Positions 33,546-45,888 are shown, counted from the stretch's first letter. The stretch is DNA of 64,000 bases from an uncultured delta proteobacterium (GCA_963771175.1 CAVYSY010000036.1:1-64000); one strand, 5' to 3'. The notes: generated by a model from the letters alone, not told the origin. Numbers and translations are program-made.

Positions 33546-34670
33546 ATGTCGCTCTCCGAGTTCTCCGGAGCCCGGAAGTGGAAGAGCCGCATGTCCGCCA
33601 CCCAGCTCCTCTGGGGCAAGCTGGAGGGCGATGCGGCCCAGATCGCGATGAGCGCCAACCGCCCCGACCTGACGGAGCAGGATCGCTTCATCCTCGACCA
33701 GTGCTGTCAGAAGCTGAAGTTGGCCAGGGACTGCATCGACCGGACGGTCAAGCGGCCCTTCTCCTTCTGGGAGTTCATCCACGACGTCGACGCGCTGCTG
33801 TTGCTCGTCCTGCCCGTGCCGCTCCTGGCCACCCGGTCGCTGGAGGTGCAGCAACGCTTCGAGCAGAAGGTCACCAACCCCGTCCTGCGCGAGCTCTGGC
33901 TGGGGACGGAGCAGACCCCGGGTCCCTTGCGCGAGGCGGTCCAACTCCTCCAGCTCCAGTTGAAGCCCACGGAAGACCCCGGCGACCCCCAGGAGCTCAC
34001 GAGCGAGCGCCTCTCTCGCTGCAGGTACGTCCTCCAGAGCGCGCTGAGCCTCGTGGACGAGCAGCTCGACAAGAGCTTCTGGCAGCTGTCCCTCAACGTC
34101 TCCATCCAGGTCCTGAGCGCCGTGCTACTGCTGGCGCTCTTCTGCCTGACGTTGCTCGCCTTCGACCACACGCTGATCTCCGACAACCTGAAGAAGAAAC
34201 AGCCCGACGCTCTCGTCTTCTTCGCCCTGTGCGGGATGGGAGGCGCCGTCCTCTCCAACATGCTCTCGAAGGAGCGCTTCGTCGTCGCGACGGGGGCGAC
34301 GCTCCGGTACTACGTCTATTACCTCTTCGTGAAGCCGCTGATCGGCGGCTTCGCGGCCCTGTTCCTCATCCTCCTGGAACAGTCCGGGCTGCTGTTGGCG
34401 GTGGTGGTCAGCCAGGGCACCACCGCCCCCAACCCCTCCCAGTCCCTCGTCCAGATCGTCGTGAGCTCCGAATCGGCCGCCTTCTTCGCCCGCGCGGTGC
34501 TGTCGGTGGCGGTCGGCTTCTCCGCGGACCGGATGCTGAGCTCCATGATGGACAGCGTGCTCGGAAGACTCCTCCGGGAGTCCGAGAAGGGCACGCCCTC
34601 CACCGCCGCTTCCCCAGGGGACCTGCCGCGCTCCCCGCGGGCTCCCAACTCGGAGCAGGCGTCGCCCTGA
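33546..34670 (+). CDS. membrane protein with soluble N-terminus and about 4 C-terminal TM helices
   Basis: GMGGAVLS, KPLIGGFAA, VGFSADR; strong codon bias; start uncertain (33501 or 33546). Confidence 0.75.
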   Translation: MSLSEFSGARKWKSRMSATQLLWGKLEGDAAQIAMSANRPDLTEQDRFILDQCCQKLKLARDCIDRTVKRPFSFWEFIHDVDALLLLVLPVPLLATRSLEVQQRFEQKVTNPVLRELWLGTEQTPGPLREAVQLLQLQLKPTEDPGDPQELTSERLSRCRYVLQSALSLVDEQLDKSFWQLSLNVSIQVLSAVLLLALFCLTLLAFDHTLISDNLKKKQPDALVFFALCGMGGAVLSNMLSKERFVVATGATLRYYVYYLFVKPLIGGFAALFLILLEQSGLLLAVVVSQGTTAPNPSQSLVQIVVSSESAAFFARAVLSVAVGFSADRMLSSMMDSVLGRLLRESEKGTPSTAASPGDLPRSPRAPNSEQASP

Positions 34671-37428
34671 GTCCCGTGGACGGTTTCATCAGGTAGGCCG
34701 CCAGCTCCTCCAGCAACTCCTCCGTCATGCCCAGGGCAGTGGGCCTCCAGGGCGCGGTGAAGCGCGCGTCCATGCTCGTCTGGCGGATGGTGGCCAGCCA
34801 CTCGTGCACCACCCGCTCCGGGTAGCCCGCGCTCATCGCCGCATCGTGCAGCAGCGAGTACTCCCGCAGCAGGAAGGTGCTGAAGGTGATGGGATCGTCC
34901 GCCCCCACCGCGATCGGCACCGGCGGAGGCGCTCCCTCCTGGGCCTGGGGTGGAAACAGCCGCAGGATGGGGTGGTTGCGCAGGTCCAACAGGTTGCCGA
35001 TGAGCAGGTTGCTGGAGGGATTCACCTCCACGACGATGCCTCGGGCCGCCACGCACCGGCGCACCCCATCCTGCACGGCCCGGAGCGCCGCCACCTCCGA
35101 GCCATCCAGCGCGATGTCCACCAGTGTCTGCCCCCGCTGGTAGACGCCCTCGCTCTCGCGGTACTGGGACAGGATCCTCCAGACGTCCCGGTGGCTCTGC
35201 ACCTGGAGCCAGTCCACCCGCTGGAACGCCCGCGAGAAGGCATCCAGCCCCACCTCGGCGCCCTCCCGCGCCAGGGGCGGACACCACAGGTTGTGCAGCA
35301 CGTGGTGGGCCTCGGCCAGCACGAGTGGCTGGAAGTCCCTGCCGAAGACGAGCTCGGACAGCTCGCGGATGGCGTTCTGCACCTGCTGCGGCCTCCCGGG
35401 CGGAGCCACCACCCACAGCTCCGGGGGCAGCCGGAAGCGACTGTACAGCCGCCACTCGAAGACCAGGTCCCACAGACGATCCTCGGCCGGCATCATCACC
35501 GCGCCCACCGACTCGGCCCACATCCGGGGCTCCTCGCCCAGCGCGATGGCGTGCCCCAGCCGTCCCCCGGTGCGATCCAACTGGTAGTGGACGCACTCGT
35601 AGATGCGGCGCAGCCCCTCCATGAGGTGGCGGAAGTCCTCGCCCACGTGGGCCGTCATCCGCAACGGCGGAGGACTCCGGGCCGAGCTCACCGCCGCGGC
35701 GCGGGCCGCCTCCCTCCGCACGAAGCGGTACAGCGGCACCAGCACCCAGTTCGGCACGCCCAGCTCGTCCGAGGCCACGTCCAGCCCGCGCACCAGCCAC
35801 AGCGCCAGGGGCACGGCCCGCAGCAGATCCACCAGGGCCTGGACCTTGACGGACTGCGTGGCGTGGTAGTCCGCGAAGCGACCTCCCAGCCGCAGCTCGC
35901 CCCGAGGCCGTGGCTCGGCGTAGGTGCCCCCGACCAAAGGCCGGTGGGGAGCCCGCGAGCCAGCGGAACCTCGGATCCCGATTCTTGGTGAGGTGCAGCA
36001 CCACGCCGAACTCGGGCGCCTGCCCCCCGATGCTGCCCGTCTGTCGCAGCACGTGCCGCCAGGAGCGTGTCATCCGCCACAGCTCCTCGGCCAGCTTCAT
36101 GGGATCCGCCGCGGGGCTGGTCCGAACTTCCAGCGAGGCAATGGGCTGGCTTCCTCCCGCCACGTAGTAGGACACCTCGGCGCGAGCGGCGCGCAGCGGG
36201 CCGCGGAGCGCGCGCAGGCGCTCGTAGAAGCGGAGGAACCACTGCAGGCCGGCCGTCATCGGCCGCTGCACGATAGGTGCGGTAACACAGGCAGCGGATC
36301 CGCAGCGCCTGCCAGAAGACGCGGCAGAAGGACTCGTCCGGCGCCTGGAGCCGCTCCTGGAGATCCATCCGGGACAGGGCGTTGCGCACCAGCCAGCGCT
36401 CCCCGGCGTTGGGCTTGTTCAGCCGGAGGCGGAGGGCGAGGGGATCGCACCGCCTCCACACCTCGTCGAGCGTCTCGGGAGGCTCCGAGGCGTTGCGGCA
36501 GGCCAGGGGGTGGAGCTCCGCGTAGAGGTCTCGCAGCTCGTCGAACTCCGGCAGCAGCTCCTCCTGGCCCCATGCCAGCGCGCGCAAGGTCCGCTCCAGC
36601 ACCCGCCACCGCTGGGGCATCCAGGAGGGCGAGCGCCTCAACTCCCAGACGAAGTCCCACAGTGACCCCTCGCCGCCGCGCAGGAGGAACTCGGCGAGCA
36701 CGCAGCGCGCCACCGCGGCGGCCAGCAACCAATCCAGCAACGAGCCCTCTTCTCCGAAAGGCAGGCCCGGTCCCCGCATGGCGTCCCGCTCCAGGCCCGG
36801 TTCGCCCAGGGCCGACAGCAGCGAGGCCCACATGAGGGGGAAGTCCATCCCCGCGCCGATGTGGTGGTGGATCTCCGTCACTCCCCGGTCCAGCAGGTGC
36901 CGCACCAGCAGGGGCGGCTCGATGTTCACCCGCGTGGCCGGAGGCGACACCGCCAGCGCGGACAGCAGCAGATCCTCCGGCAGCGCGAAGGTGAGCCAGC
37001 GGTAGTGCGGAGATGGCCTCCACCGTCTCGGCTTTCGTGCTCTGGATGACTTCGGTGACGCCGGGGCGGAGCTCCAGATGCGCCTCGGCCAGGTGCCGCA
37101 GGTATTGGCTCAGGCTCACCCCCCGCCCCGTGTTCCCGGCCCCGAGGCCACCGGGATGAATGAACCAGAAGAAGTCGCGCACCGCGATGAGCCGGTCGAG
37201 CGACCAGCCGCTGGCGTGCTCCGACAGGCTCTTCTCGCACTCGCGCCACAGCTCCCGGGTGGGCTGGCCGGCTCTGCCCGCCAGCCCGGGCTCCAACACC
37301 ATCACCGAGCGCCGGAAGGCATCCAGATGGGTGAGCGGGTAGCTGGCCACCTCGGCCCGGACGTAGGCCTCGGGAACGCGCCGCGGCGTCAGGACGCCCA
37401 TGGCCTGGCCCGAGCCCTCCTCGCTCAT
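34408..37428 (-). CDS. large adenosine-deaminase-family protein, RdrB-like (about 3 frameshifts)
   Basis: EIHHHIGAG, GLDVASDE, TAHVGEDF, RLGHAIALG, EVNPSSN, GADDP; true 3' end may be near 34680. Confidence 0.8.
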
Positions 37429-40082
37429 GGATGTCGCTCCTCCGGGTTCAGACCCTGGAGCACCTCCAGCTCACGATTCTGGTAGTCCTCATCCACGGCC
37501 AGGAACCAGGCCTGGGTCACCCGAGCGAGCCATTGCTGGGAAACCGGCGCCACCCCGTGCCCGTCGGCACCGTGGGCCTCGCGGAGGTGCGCGTAGCCGC
37601 TGGAGCGCAGCACCACGGCACGCACCCAGCGCTGCCGGTTGCGCTTCAGCCGGTGCACGTGGAGCTTCCAGTGATTCATCAGCTCGTCCCAGTCCGACCT
37701 GTCCTGATCGTCCCCCTTCGGCCAGTTCAACAGATGGGAGAGCCGGGGGGCTGGCGAGAACTCCGGCAGCGCGAGCAGGGGCAGGGACTGCTCCAACCAG
37801 ACACGCGCCATCCACAGCCTGTCATAACCCCGGCTCTTCTCCCGGATGGAGCCCAGCAATCTGTTGATGGCGGTCCGCACCGTCCGCTCGTAGTCCTCCA
37901 GCTCGCTCTCGTCCCCCCTCTTGGGCCGGGCCCCCGCCACGGGGCTGTCCGAGGGAGTCTTGGCGCTCTCGCCGCGGCTCAGCGCCGCGAGCACCGAAGA
38001 GATCCCCGACGACAAGTTCCAATGGCCACGCTTGAGCCCGGCCACCGAGCAGACGTTGTCGACCCAGGCAGCCAGGAGGAATCGGAAGAGGAGCTCGACG
38101 CGCTCCGGCTCGGGGTGGAACGTGAAGAGGGCTCTCGACTCGTGGAGGAAGGCCCTCCACTGCACGGTGAAGAGGGCGAAGTCGATGAAGGTGTCCCAGG
38201 TGGGCAGACTCCACAGGAATTCGAGCTGGACGAAGGGCTCGACCTCGGAGCGCTCCACGAACAGCTCGTGCAGCGTCACCACGATCTCCGGGCTCATCTC
38301 GAAGGGAGTCACCTCCACGTTGAGCACCCGGGGCTCCTGGAAGAGCATCAGCAGATCATGCAGCAGCATGAACCAGCCGGCGACGCTGCCTGGCATGGTC
38401 ACGCGGTTGCCCGGCGTGTCGAGGTCGTTCTGCACCAGGATGACGTCGTGGAAGCGCCGCAGGTGCAGCTCGCTGGTGAGGACGCCGTGGCCGTCCGGAT
38501 GGGACTTCCAGCGCGGCCACTCCATCACATCCGACAGGGAGGTGCGCTTGGCGCGGCTCACCGGCTTGCCGGTCAGGTCCAGGATGATCCGGCCCTGGGG
38601 ATCCTGCCGGATGATGCGGTTGTGGAGCTGCTGGCTCGCCCAGGCGGGCAGCTCGCTCTCGTCGATGGCGTTGCGCAGCATCTCGGTGGCGACCCGGACG
38701 GCCTTCTCCCCATCATCCACCTCGGGGCTCTTCCACTCGCGATAGGCGGCATGCCAGAGATCCTGCAGGGTGCGCGCGGGCAGGGTGAGGGCCTGCCGGG
38801 CTGCATCGGTGAGGAGGGGGAGAGGCGCTTCGGCGGCCTTGGACCGGTGGAGTGCCTTGCAGGCCCTCTTCACGGACGGGGAGAGCCGGGGGCTGAGCTC
38901 GAAGAGGTCAGAGAAACACTCCAGCTTGTGCCCCCGGGCCTCCGAGCGCGGCAACCGGAGCTTCTCGAGGAGTTGGTGCAGGAGCAGATCCTCCGTGGAG
39001 GCGCCGTGCTTCCGCTCACCGAGCTGGTAGGGATACGTCCAGGCCAGCTCCGGCGAAACCGCTCCGATGTTGAGGCGGTAGTTGGGAGGCAGCGTGCGGC
39101 GCAGGGTGGTGGCGGCCTGGCGGCGCGCGATGGCGAGCGTCTCGTCGCGGCTGGGTCCGATGAAGGGCTGGCCGGAGCCCATCAACTCCTTCTGGAAGGA
39201 GCGCTCCATGAAGAGCTGGAACTCCTGGTGGCCGGCGGCGAGGACGAACCAGATCCGGCGGCTGGTGACCATACGGGTCAGCTTCACGATGTTGTAGAGG
39301 TGGTCGATGCTGCGATCGACGTTGTCGATGGGCAGCACGAGGAGCACCTGCCCCCGATCGGAAGAGCCGAATTTGGGGATGGCCAGCGTCCGGGCGACCT
39401 GCTCCATGGCCTCGCCAAAGCGGCTCTGGAAGTTGGAGTAGATCTCCGAGGCCTTGATCTGCTGCTCGGCGCGCACGCGGGCGTCGGTGGCGGAGGGAAA
39501 GTCCTCCCACATGAAGGACGCATCCCGGATGAGCTGATCCAGCTTTCCCCAGGTGTCCTCGGCGCTCTCCTCGAGAAGGGAGGAGGGAGCCCAGGAGCCG
39601 TGCCGGCGAGTGGGGCCGGCGTACCGGGTCCCGTCGATGGCAGCGCGCACTCGGACCAGGAGGGTGGCCAGCAGGTTGGCCCTCGCGGGGAGGGGCTCCA
39701 GATCGAGAGGCTCCAGCCAGGCGACGCGGCTGGAGAGATACTTGAGCATCTCGGACAGGTCCCTGTGGAGTTTGTCGACCTCCCTCGGAGGCTGATCGCC
39801 CTCCCAGCCGAGGAAGTGAATCCAGTCCCGGAGGGCCAGGGCCGCGCTGAGCAGGACGGTCGTCTTGCCGGAGCCCCGAGCGCCGGAGATGAGGAGGCTG
39901 GTGGAGAGGTGCTCGTCCCTGAACGTACGGTCGCTCGTATCGCAAGCGGCCGTCAGCCATGTGAACAGCTCCCGCAGGGCGCTCTGGGTGGGTATCAGGA
40001 GGTCGTCCCACCGGAAGGCCTGGGACTCGGGGATGGGGGTAGGAATGAAGAGAGAGGTGGTGCCCACCATGTTCGAGTCCAT
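37425..40082 (-). CDS. large P-loop ATPase, RdrA-like
   Basis: ISGARGSGKTT Walker A; LVLPIDNVD Walker B; about 885 aa; ATGA overlap with the deaminase gene. Confidence 0.8.
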   Translation of the reverse strand: MDSNMVGTTSLFIPTPIPESQAFRWDDLLIPTQSALRELFTWLTAACDTSDRTFRDEHLSTSLLISGARGSGKTTVLLSAALALRDWIHFLGWEGDQPPREVDKLHRDLSEMLKYLSSRVAWLEPLDLEPLPARANLLATLLVRVRAAIDGTRYAGPTRRHGSWAPSSLLEESAEDTWGKLDQLIRDASFMWEDFPSATDARVRAEQQIKASEIYSNFQSRFGEAMEQVARTLAIPKFGSSDRGQVLLVLPIDNVDRSIDHLYNIVKLTRMVTSRRIWFVLAAGHQEFQLFMERSFQKELMGSGQPFIGPSRDETLAIARRQAATTLRRTLPPNYRLNIGAVSPELAWTYPYQLGERKHGASTEDLLLHQLLEKLRLPRSEARGHKLECFSDLFELSPRLSPSVKRACKALHRSKAAEAPLPLLTDAARQALTLPARTLQDLWHAAYREWKSPEVDDGEKAVRVATEMLRNAIDESELPAWASQQLHNRIIRQDPQGRIILDLTGKPVSRAKRTSLSDVMEWPRWKSHPDGHGVLTSELHLRRFHDVILVQNDLDTPGNRVTMPGSVAGWFMLLHDLLMLFQEPRVLNVEVTPFEMSPEIVVTLHELFVERSEVEPFVQLEFLWSLPTWDTFIDFALFTVQWRAFLHESRALFTFHPEPERVELLFRFLLAAWVDNVCSVAGLKRGHWNLSSGISSVLAALSRGESAKTPSDSPVAGARPKRGDESELEDYERTVRTAINRLLGSIREKSRGYDRLWMARVWLEQSLPLLALPEFSPAPRLSHLLNWPKGDDQDRSDWDELMNHWKLHVHRLKRNRQRWVRAVVLRSSGYAHLREAHGADGHGVAPVSQQWLARVTQAWFLAVDEDYQNRELEVLQGLNPEERHP

Positions 40083-40254
40083 GCCCGGCTCCTCTTTCCT
40101 GGACGCAAGTCCCCAGGAAGAACATGGAGAGCCGGAACGCCTCGCGAACCGGACGAGGAGACAGTCGGGCTGTTGGATGACCGGGGAGCTCACCCCACCG
40201 TGCGCACGAGCCGGGGCTGGAGGCCGTCCAGGAGGGCCTCCGCGGGCAAATCAC

Positions 40255-41268
40255 TCACTCCACCCGGATGACGACCTTGCCGAAGTGCGCTCCGCTCTTG
40301 AGGTGCTCGAAGGCGGCGCGGGCCTCGGTGAAGGGGAAGACACGGTCCACCACCGGGCGGACGCCGTGCAGGGTCAGCGCGCGGTTGAGTGCCTCGAAGG
40401 ACTGGCGATGGCCCACGAAGATGCCCTGCACGCGCAAGTTCCCCATGAGGATGGGCGTGACGGGCACCGCCCCCGCCCCACCGCTGAGCACGCCGATGAT
40501 GGATACCGTCCCCCCGAGTCGCACGGAACGCAGGGACTTCTCCAGGGTGCCGGAGCCGCCCACCTCCACCACGTGGTCCACACCGGTGCCGCCGGTGAGA
40601 GCACGCGCCGCCTTGTCCCAGTCCGGGGTCGTCACGTAGTTGATGCCCTCGTGGGCGCCCAGCGCACGGGCGCGCTCCAGCTTGTCGTCACGGCTGGAGG
40701 TGAGGATGACACGCGCGCCCATCATCCGGGCGATCTGCAGCGCGAAGATGGAGACGCCCCCGGTCCCCTGCACCAGCACGGTGTCGCCCGCCTTGAGCGC
40801 CCCATGGGTGACGAGCGCGCTCCACGCCGTAACGGCCGCGCACGGCAGCGTGGCGGCCTCCTCGTCCGACAGGTGCGGGGGCGTGGGCACCACGCCGTCC
40901 TCGTGAAGGAGCATCGTGTCGCCGAGCGCGCCATCCAGGGGCCCGCCCAGCGTGGTGGCCTGCGTGGCGCGCGTGGGCTCTCCCGCGAGCCACGCCTGCG
41001 CGAAGAGGCTCATCACCCGGTCCCCAGGCTTGACGCGGGTGACGCCCGGCCCCACCGCATCCACCACGCCCGCTCCGTCCGAGTTGGGGACGAGGGGCAG
41101 TTTCTGCCGCGGGTTGTAGCGCCCCTCCACCATCATCAGGTCGCGGTAGTTGAGGCTCGTGGCCTTCACCCGCACCCGCACCTGGAAGGGGCCGGGCTGG
41201 GGGTCCGGCCGCTCACAGGGCACCAGCTTGTCCAGCCCGAATCCGTCGCGAATCTCGTAGACTTTCAT
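40255..41268 (-). CDS. NAD(P)-dependent medium-chain alcohol dehydrogenase family protein
   Basis: SLNYRD, SDGAG, LPCAAVTAW, GTGGVS, HFGKVVI. Confidence 0.92.
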   Translation of the reverse strand: MKVYEIRDGFGLDKLVPCERPDPQPGPFQVRVRVKATSLNYRDLMMVEGRYNPRQKLPLVPNSDGAGVVDAVGPGVTRVKPGDRVMSLFAQAWLAGEPTRATQATTLGGPLDGALGDTMLLHEDGVVPTPPHLSDEEAATLPCAAVTAWSALVTHGALKAGDTVLVQGTGGVSIFALQIARMMGARVILTSSRDDKLERARALGAHEGINYVTTPDWDKAARALTGGTGVDHVVEVGGSGTLEKSLRSVRLGGTVSIIGVLSGGAGAVPVTPILMGNLRVQGIFVGHRQSFEALNRALTLHGVRPVVDRVFPFTEARAAFEHLKSGAHFGKVVIRVE

Positions 41269-41400
41269 GACCCTGACTTCTAGCGCGCCGCACACCGAGT
41301 GGGGAGTCGCACTTCTCCCGCGAGGCACCCGCGCTTCGAATCCGGGCCTCGGTCCGAAATGATTCGCGTAACGTGGAAACCTCTGTCCACGGAGGTTTCC

Positions 41401-42222
41401 ATGTCTGTGTCCAACCGTCTGTTCGAGAAGAGGCGCCCGGTACATTCCCTGCTCGCGGTGCTCGTGGTCCTGGGGGCCGCGGTCGCGCATGCCGATGGCA
41501 TGAGCCTGGCCGAGGCCTACAAGGTCATCTCCACCCGCCGGTTCGTCGACCTCACCCACAGCTTCAGCCCCAGCACTCCAGTGTGGCAGGGCTTCGGTCA
41601 GGCCAGCTTCACCACCGCGTCGGACCCGAAGACCTACCGGCCCTACAACCTGGCGCAGGATGGTTTCCGGACGACCTACTATTCCATGGTGGGCCAGTAC
41701 GGCACCCACGTGGATCCGCCCGCGCACTTCCACGAGAACGCTCTCACCATGGACCGGATCCCGCTCCGGGAGATGATCCTGCCGCTGGTGGTCTTCGACA
41801 TCACCCCGATGCTCGGCAAGGACCCCAATTACGCGATCACCGTGCAGGACATCCTGGCCTGGGAGAAGAAGCACGGCCGCGTGCCGGCGGGGGCCTTCGC
41901 CGCGCTGCGGACGGACATGTACAAGGACTGGAACAACCACGAGCGCTTCAAGCGCTACCCGTTCCCCGCCTGGTCCCTGGCGGCCGTCCAGTTCCTCTTC
42001 CAGCAGCGAAACATCACCGCCATCGGCCATGAGTCGCTCGACACCGACATCACGACGACGATGGACTCGGAGACGTGGGTGCTGGGCCAGGGTCACTATC
42101 AGATCGAGGTCATGGCCCACCTGGACGAGGTGCCGCCCACCGGCGCCCTCATCGTGGTGACGTGGCCCAAGGTGGAGAACGGACTCGGGTTCCCGGCTCG
42201 CGCCTTCGCCATCCTCCCGTGA
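41401..42222 (+). CDS. secreted cyclase-family (kynurenine formamidase-like) metallohydrolase
   Basis: VDLTH, GTHVDPPAHF, ALRTD, GHESLDTD, GFPARAFAI. Confidence 0.88.
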   Translation: MSVSNRLFEKRRPVHSLLAVLVVLGAAVAHADGMSLAEAYKVISTRRFVDLTHSFSPSTPVWQGFGQASFTTASDPKTYRPYNLAQDGFRTTYYSMVGQYGTHVDPPAHFHENALTMDRIPLREMILPLVVFDITPMLGKDPNYAITVQDILAWEKKHGRVPAGAFAALRTDMYKDWNNHERFKRYPFPAWSLAAVQFLFQQRNITAIGHESLDTDITTTMDSETWVLGQGHYQIEVMAHLDEVPPTGALIVVTWPKVENGLGFPARAFAILP

Positions 42223-42312
42223 GGCCGTGCGCGGTCCCCCACGGCCCGCACGCCGTTTCCCCATGAGAAGCGAGCGGGAGACCCCTGGACGCACAGGGGT
42301 CTCCTGGACTCA

Positions 42313-44070
42313 CTACGACGCGGGCTGGTCCTTCTTCGACGCCGGCACCTGAAGGCCCGCCGAGCGCGCCAGGCCCATGACGCCCTCCACCGCCGCCGCG
42401 ATGTAGCCGAACGGGTTGGCCCCATCCACCGCCGTCACGTGCACCTCGCCCATCTTCTGCTGGAACGCCGCCGCTACCTGCGGCAACTGCTGCGCCAGCA
42501 CGAGCTGGATGGACTCCGGCGACAGCGTGTTGTCGATCTCCTTGAGCGCACGCACTCGCGCCAGCTCCGGATCCTGCGTGATGCGGGCCTTGCGCGCCTC
42601 CATCTCCGCCATGGCCAGCTCCGCCTCGGCGATCGCGCACCGCGCCTCGGCCACCTTCGCCTGCGCCCGGGTCCGCTCCGCCTCCTGATGTAGCACCGCC
42701 ATCATCGCCCCGTGCCGCGCCGTCTGCGCCTGCTGCTCCTGGTGCAGCTTCTCCAGCTCCGCCTCCGCGCGCACCGCCGCCATCTGCCGCTCGTGCGCCA
42801 GCCGCGCCGCCTCCTGCTCCTGCTCCAGTTTCAGCCGCTCCAGCTCCGCCTGCGCCATCGCCGTCGCCAGCGCGCGCTCATTCGTCAGCTTCGCCGCCTG
42901 CGCCTGCTGCTCCAGCTTCAGCTTCTCCAGCTCCGCCTGCGAACGCGACGTCGCCAGGCCCCGCTCCTGGGCCAGCTTCGCCTCCGCCATCCGCCGCTCG
43001 GCTTCCAGCGCCGCCAGCTTCTGCGCCTCCTCGGCCTTCCCCTTCTGCTCCCGCACCTCCAGCTCGGCGTTCAGCTTCGCCAGCGCCGTCTCGCGCTCCA
43101 GCGACACCTGCGCCTGCCGCGTGCTCCGCTCCTTCGCGACGCGCGCCTCCTCCACGCGCGACTCGACCGCCAGCGACTCCAGCTTCGCCTGCTCCTCCGC
43201 CTCCTGCCGCTTGTGCCGGACCTCCTCCTCCGTCGCCAGCCGCGTCAGGGAAATCTGCCGCTCGGCCTCCGCCTCCTCCTTTCGGATGAAGCGCTCCTTC
43301 GCCAGCTCCGCCTCGCGCGCCACCCGCTCCTGCTCCTGCCGGAAGCGCGCCTGCATGTTCGCGAACACCGTGTCCGAGAGCACCCGCACGTCCTGGATTT
43401 CAATCGTGTCCAGGACCACGCCCCAGCCCGAGTCCGACCGGTCCTCCAGCCGCCCCTTGCCCGACACCACCGGGGCAATCTCGCGCATCAGCTCCGTGGC
43501 GATGCCCTCCTTGCGCTTGGAGAGGCACTCCTCCACCGAGAGGTTGGCCACCAGCCGCCGCACCGCGCCCACGAACATCTCGCGCAGCAGCTCCGCCAGC
43601 TTCTGCTGCGCCCGCTCCGGGAAGGAGAAGTTCAGCATCCGGAAGGCCACCAGCGGGTCGACAATCCGGTACACCGCCAGACCCGTCACCTGCACGCCGA
43701 CCTTCTCGCTCGTCACCTGGTCCGCGGTGAACTGCAGCCGCTGCACGCTGGTGGGGACGATGGCCACCGCGTCGCCCGGCAGCTTGAAGCACGAGGCGCC
43801 CTGCCCGCTCACCTCGCGCACGCGGCCCCGGCGCATGTGGATGAGGAACTCGCTCGGCCGCGCGGTGACGAGGCCCCACTTCTTCATCTTCTCCGGGTCC
43901 TCCTCCGGCTTGCCCGCCCGCCACCCCTCCCGGTACTGACGCGGGTCATGGCCTCCCCCATGCGACGGCTCACCCCCGCCACTCCGCATCAGGTCGGACC
44001 GGCCGCCCACCGACAGCTCCATGGCCCCCGCCGCGTTCAGCTTGACGGCCCGCTTCTCGTTCGTACTCAT
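42313..44070 (-). CDS. SPFH/flotillin-domain protein with long coiled coil
   Basis: SPFH core (AVYRIVDP, WGVVLDTIEIQDV) followed by an A/E/Q/K-rich coiled coil. Confidence 0.85.
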   Translation of the reverse strand: MSTNEKRAVKLNAAGAMELSVGGRSDLMRSGGGEPSHGGGHDPRQYREGWRAGKPEEDPEKMKKWGLVTARPSEFLIHMRRGRVREVSGQGASCFKLPGDAVAIVPTSVQRLQFTADQVTSEKVGVQVTGLAVYRIVDPLVAFRMLNFSFPERAQQKLAELLREMFVGAVRRLVANLSVEECLSKRKEGIATELMREIAPVVSGKGRLEDRSDSGWGVVLDTIEIQDVRVLSDTVFANMQARFRQEQERVAREAELAKERFIRKEEAEAERQISLTRLATEEEVRHKRQEAEEQAKLESLAVESRVEEARVAKERSTRQAQVSLERETALAKLNAELEVREQKGKAEEAQKLAALEAERRMAEAKLAQERGLATSRSQAELEKLKLEQQAQAAKLTNERALATAMAQAELERLKLEQEQEAARLAHERQMAAVRAEAELEKLHQEQQAQTARHGAMMAVLHQEAERTRAQAKVAEARCAIAEAELAMAEMEARKARITQDPELARVRALKEIDNTLSPESIQLVLAQQLPQVAAAFQQKMGEVHVTAVDGANPFGYIAAAVEGVMGLARSAGLQVPASKKDQPAS

Positions 44071-44285
44071 CGGCGCATCCCTCCGGAAGTCACGGACTCC
44101 TGGGATTGCAGCCTGTCGGCCAAGGCGCCGCTGCCCTGAAATCGCGCACTTGGCGGAAAGGGGTGCTCCAGGGTGGCGCGGGTGCCCCAAGGTGGAGCGC
44201 CCCGGACCGGCCCAGTCGTGATAGAGGACTGGTTCGGTCCTGTAGGTGGTTATTAGAGACCCGGACGCCCCCTCCTTATGTCGGC

Positions 44286-44313
44286 TTGACCGGGGGGGTC
44301 CCGATTTTATAAT
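44286..44313 (+). promoter_or_regulatory. sigma70-type promoter of the isc operon
   Basis: TTGACC-16 nt-TATAAT; spacer includes a G7 run. Confidence 0.75.
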
Positions 44314-44333
44314 TGACCGGTCCAGTCCACATT
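44309..44333. promoter_or_regulatory. IscR/Rrf2-type operator
   Basis: ATAATTGACCGGTCCAGTCCACATT resembles the IscR type-1 site and overlaps the -10 box. Confidence 0.65.
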
Positions 44334-44425
44334 AGGTGCGCCGATGTAGGAGCACTCAAGGGACTCGCGGGGTTACCCCGACCCACCGGCGAGGGGACGG
44401 ACAATCGCCCGGAAGGTTTACCGAG

Positions 44426-45864
<1,439 letters not shown>

Positions 45865-45888
45865 TGACAAGGCTTCATAAGGGAGCCC

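Noticed and set aside
37431..40271. 946-aa plus-strand ORF and the many other long antisense or alternate-frame ORFs
   Set aside because: Shadows of real genes in high-GC DNA; Arg/Pro/Gly-rich or motif-free translations
42600..43340. Repetitive CTCCGCC/CTGCTC-rich DNA as a repeat array or CRISPR
   Set aside because: Explained by the coiled-coil coding region of the SPFH gene; no fixed repeat-spacer structure and no cas genes
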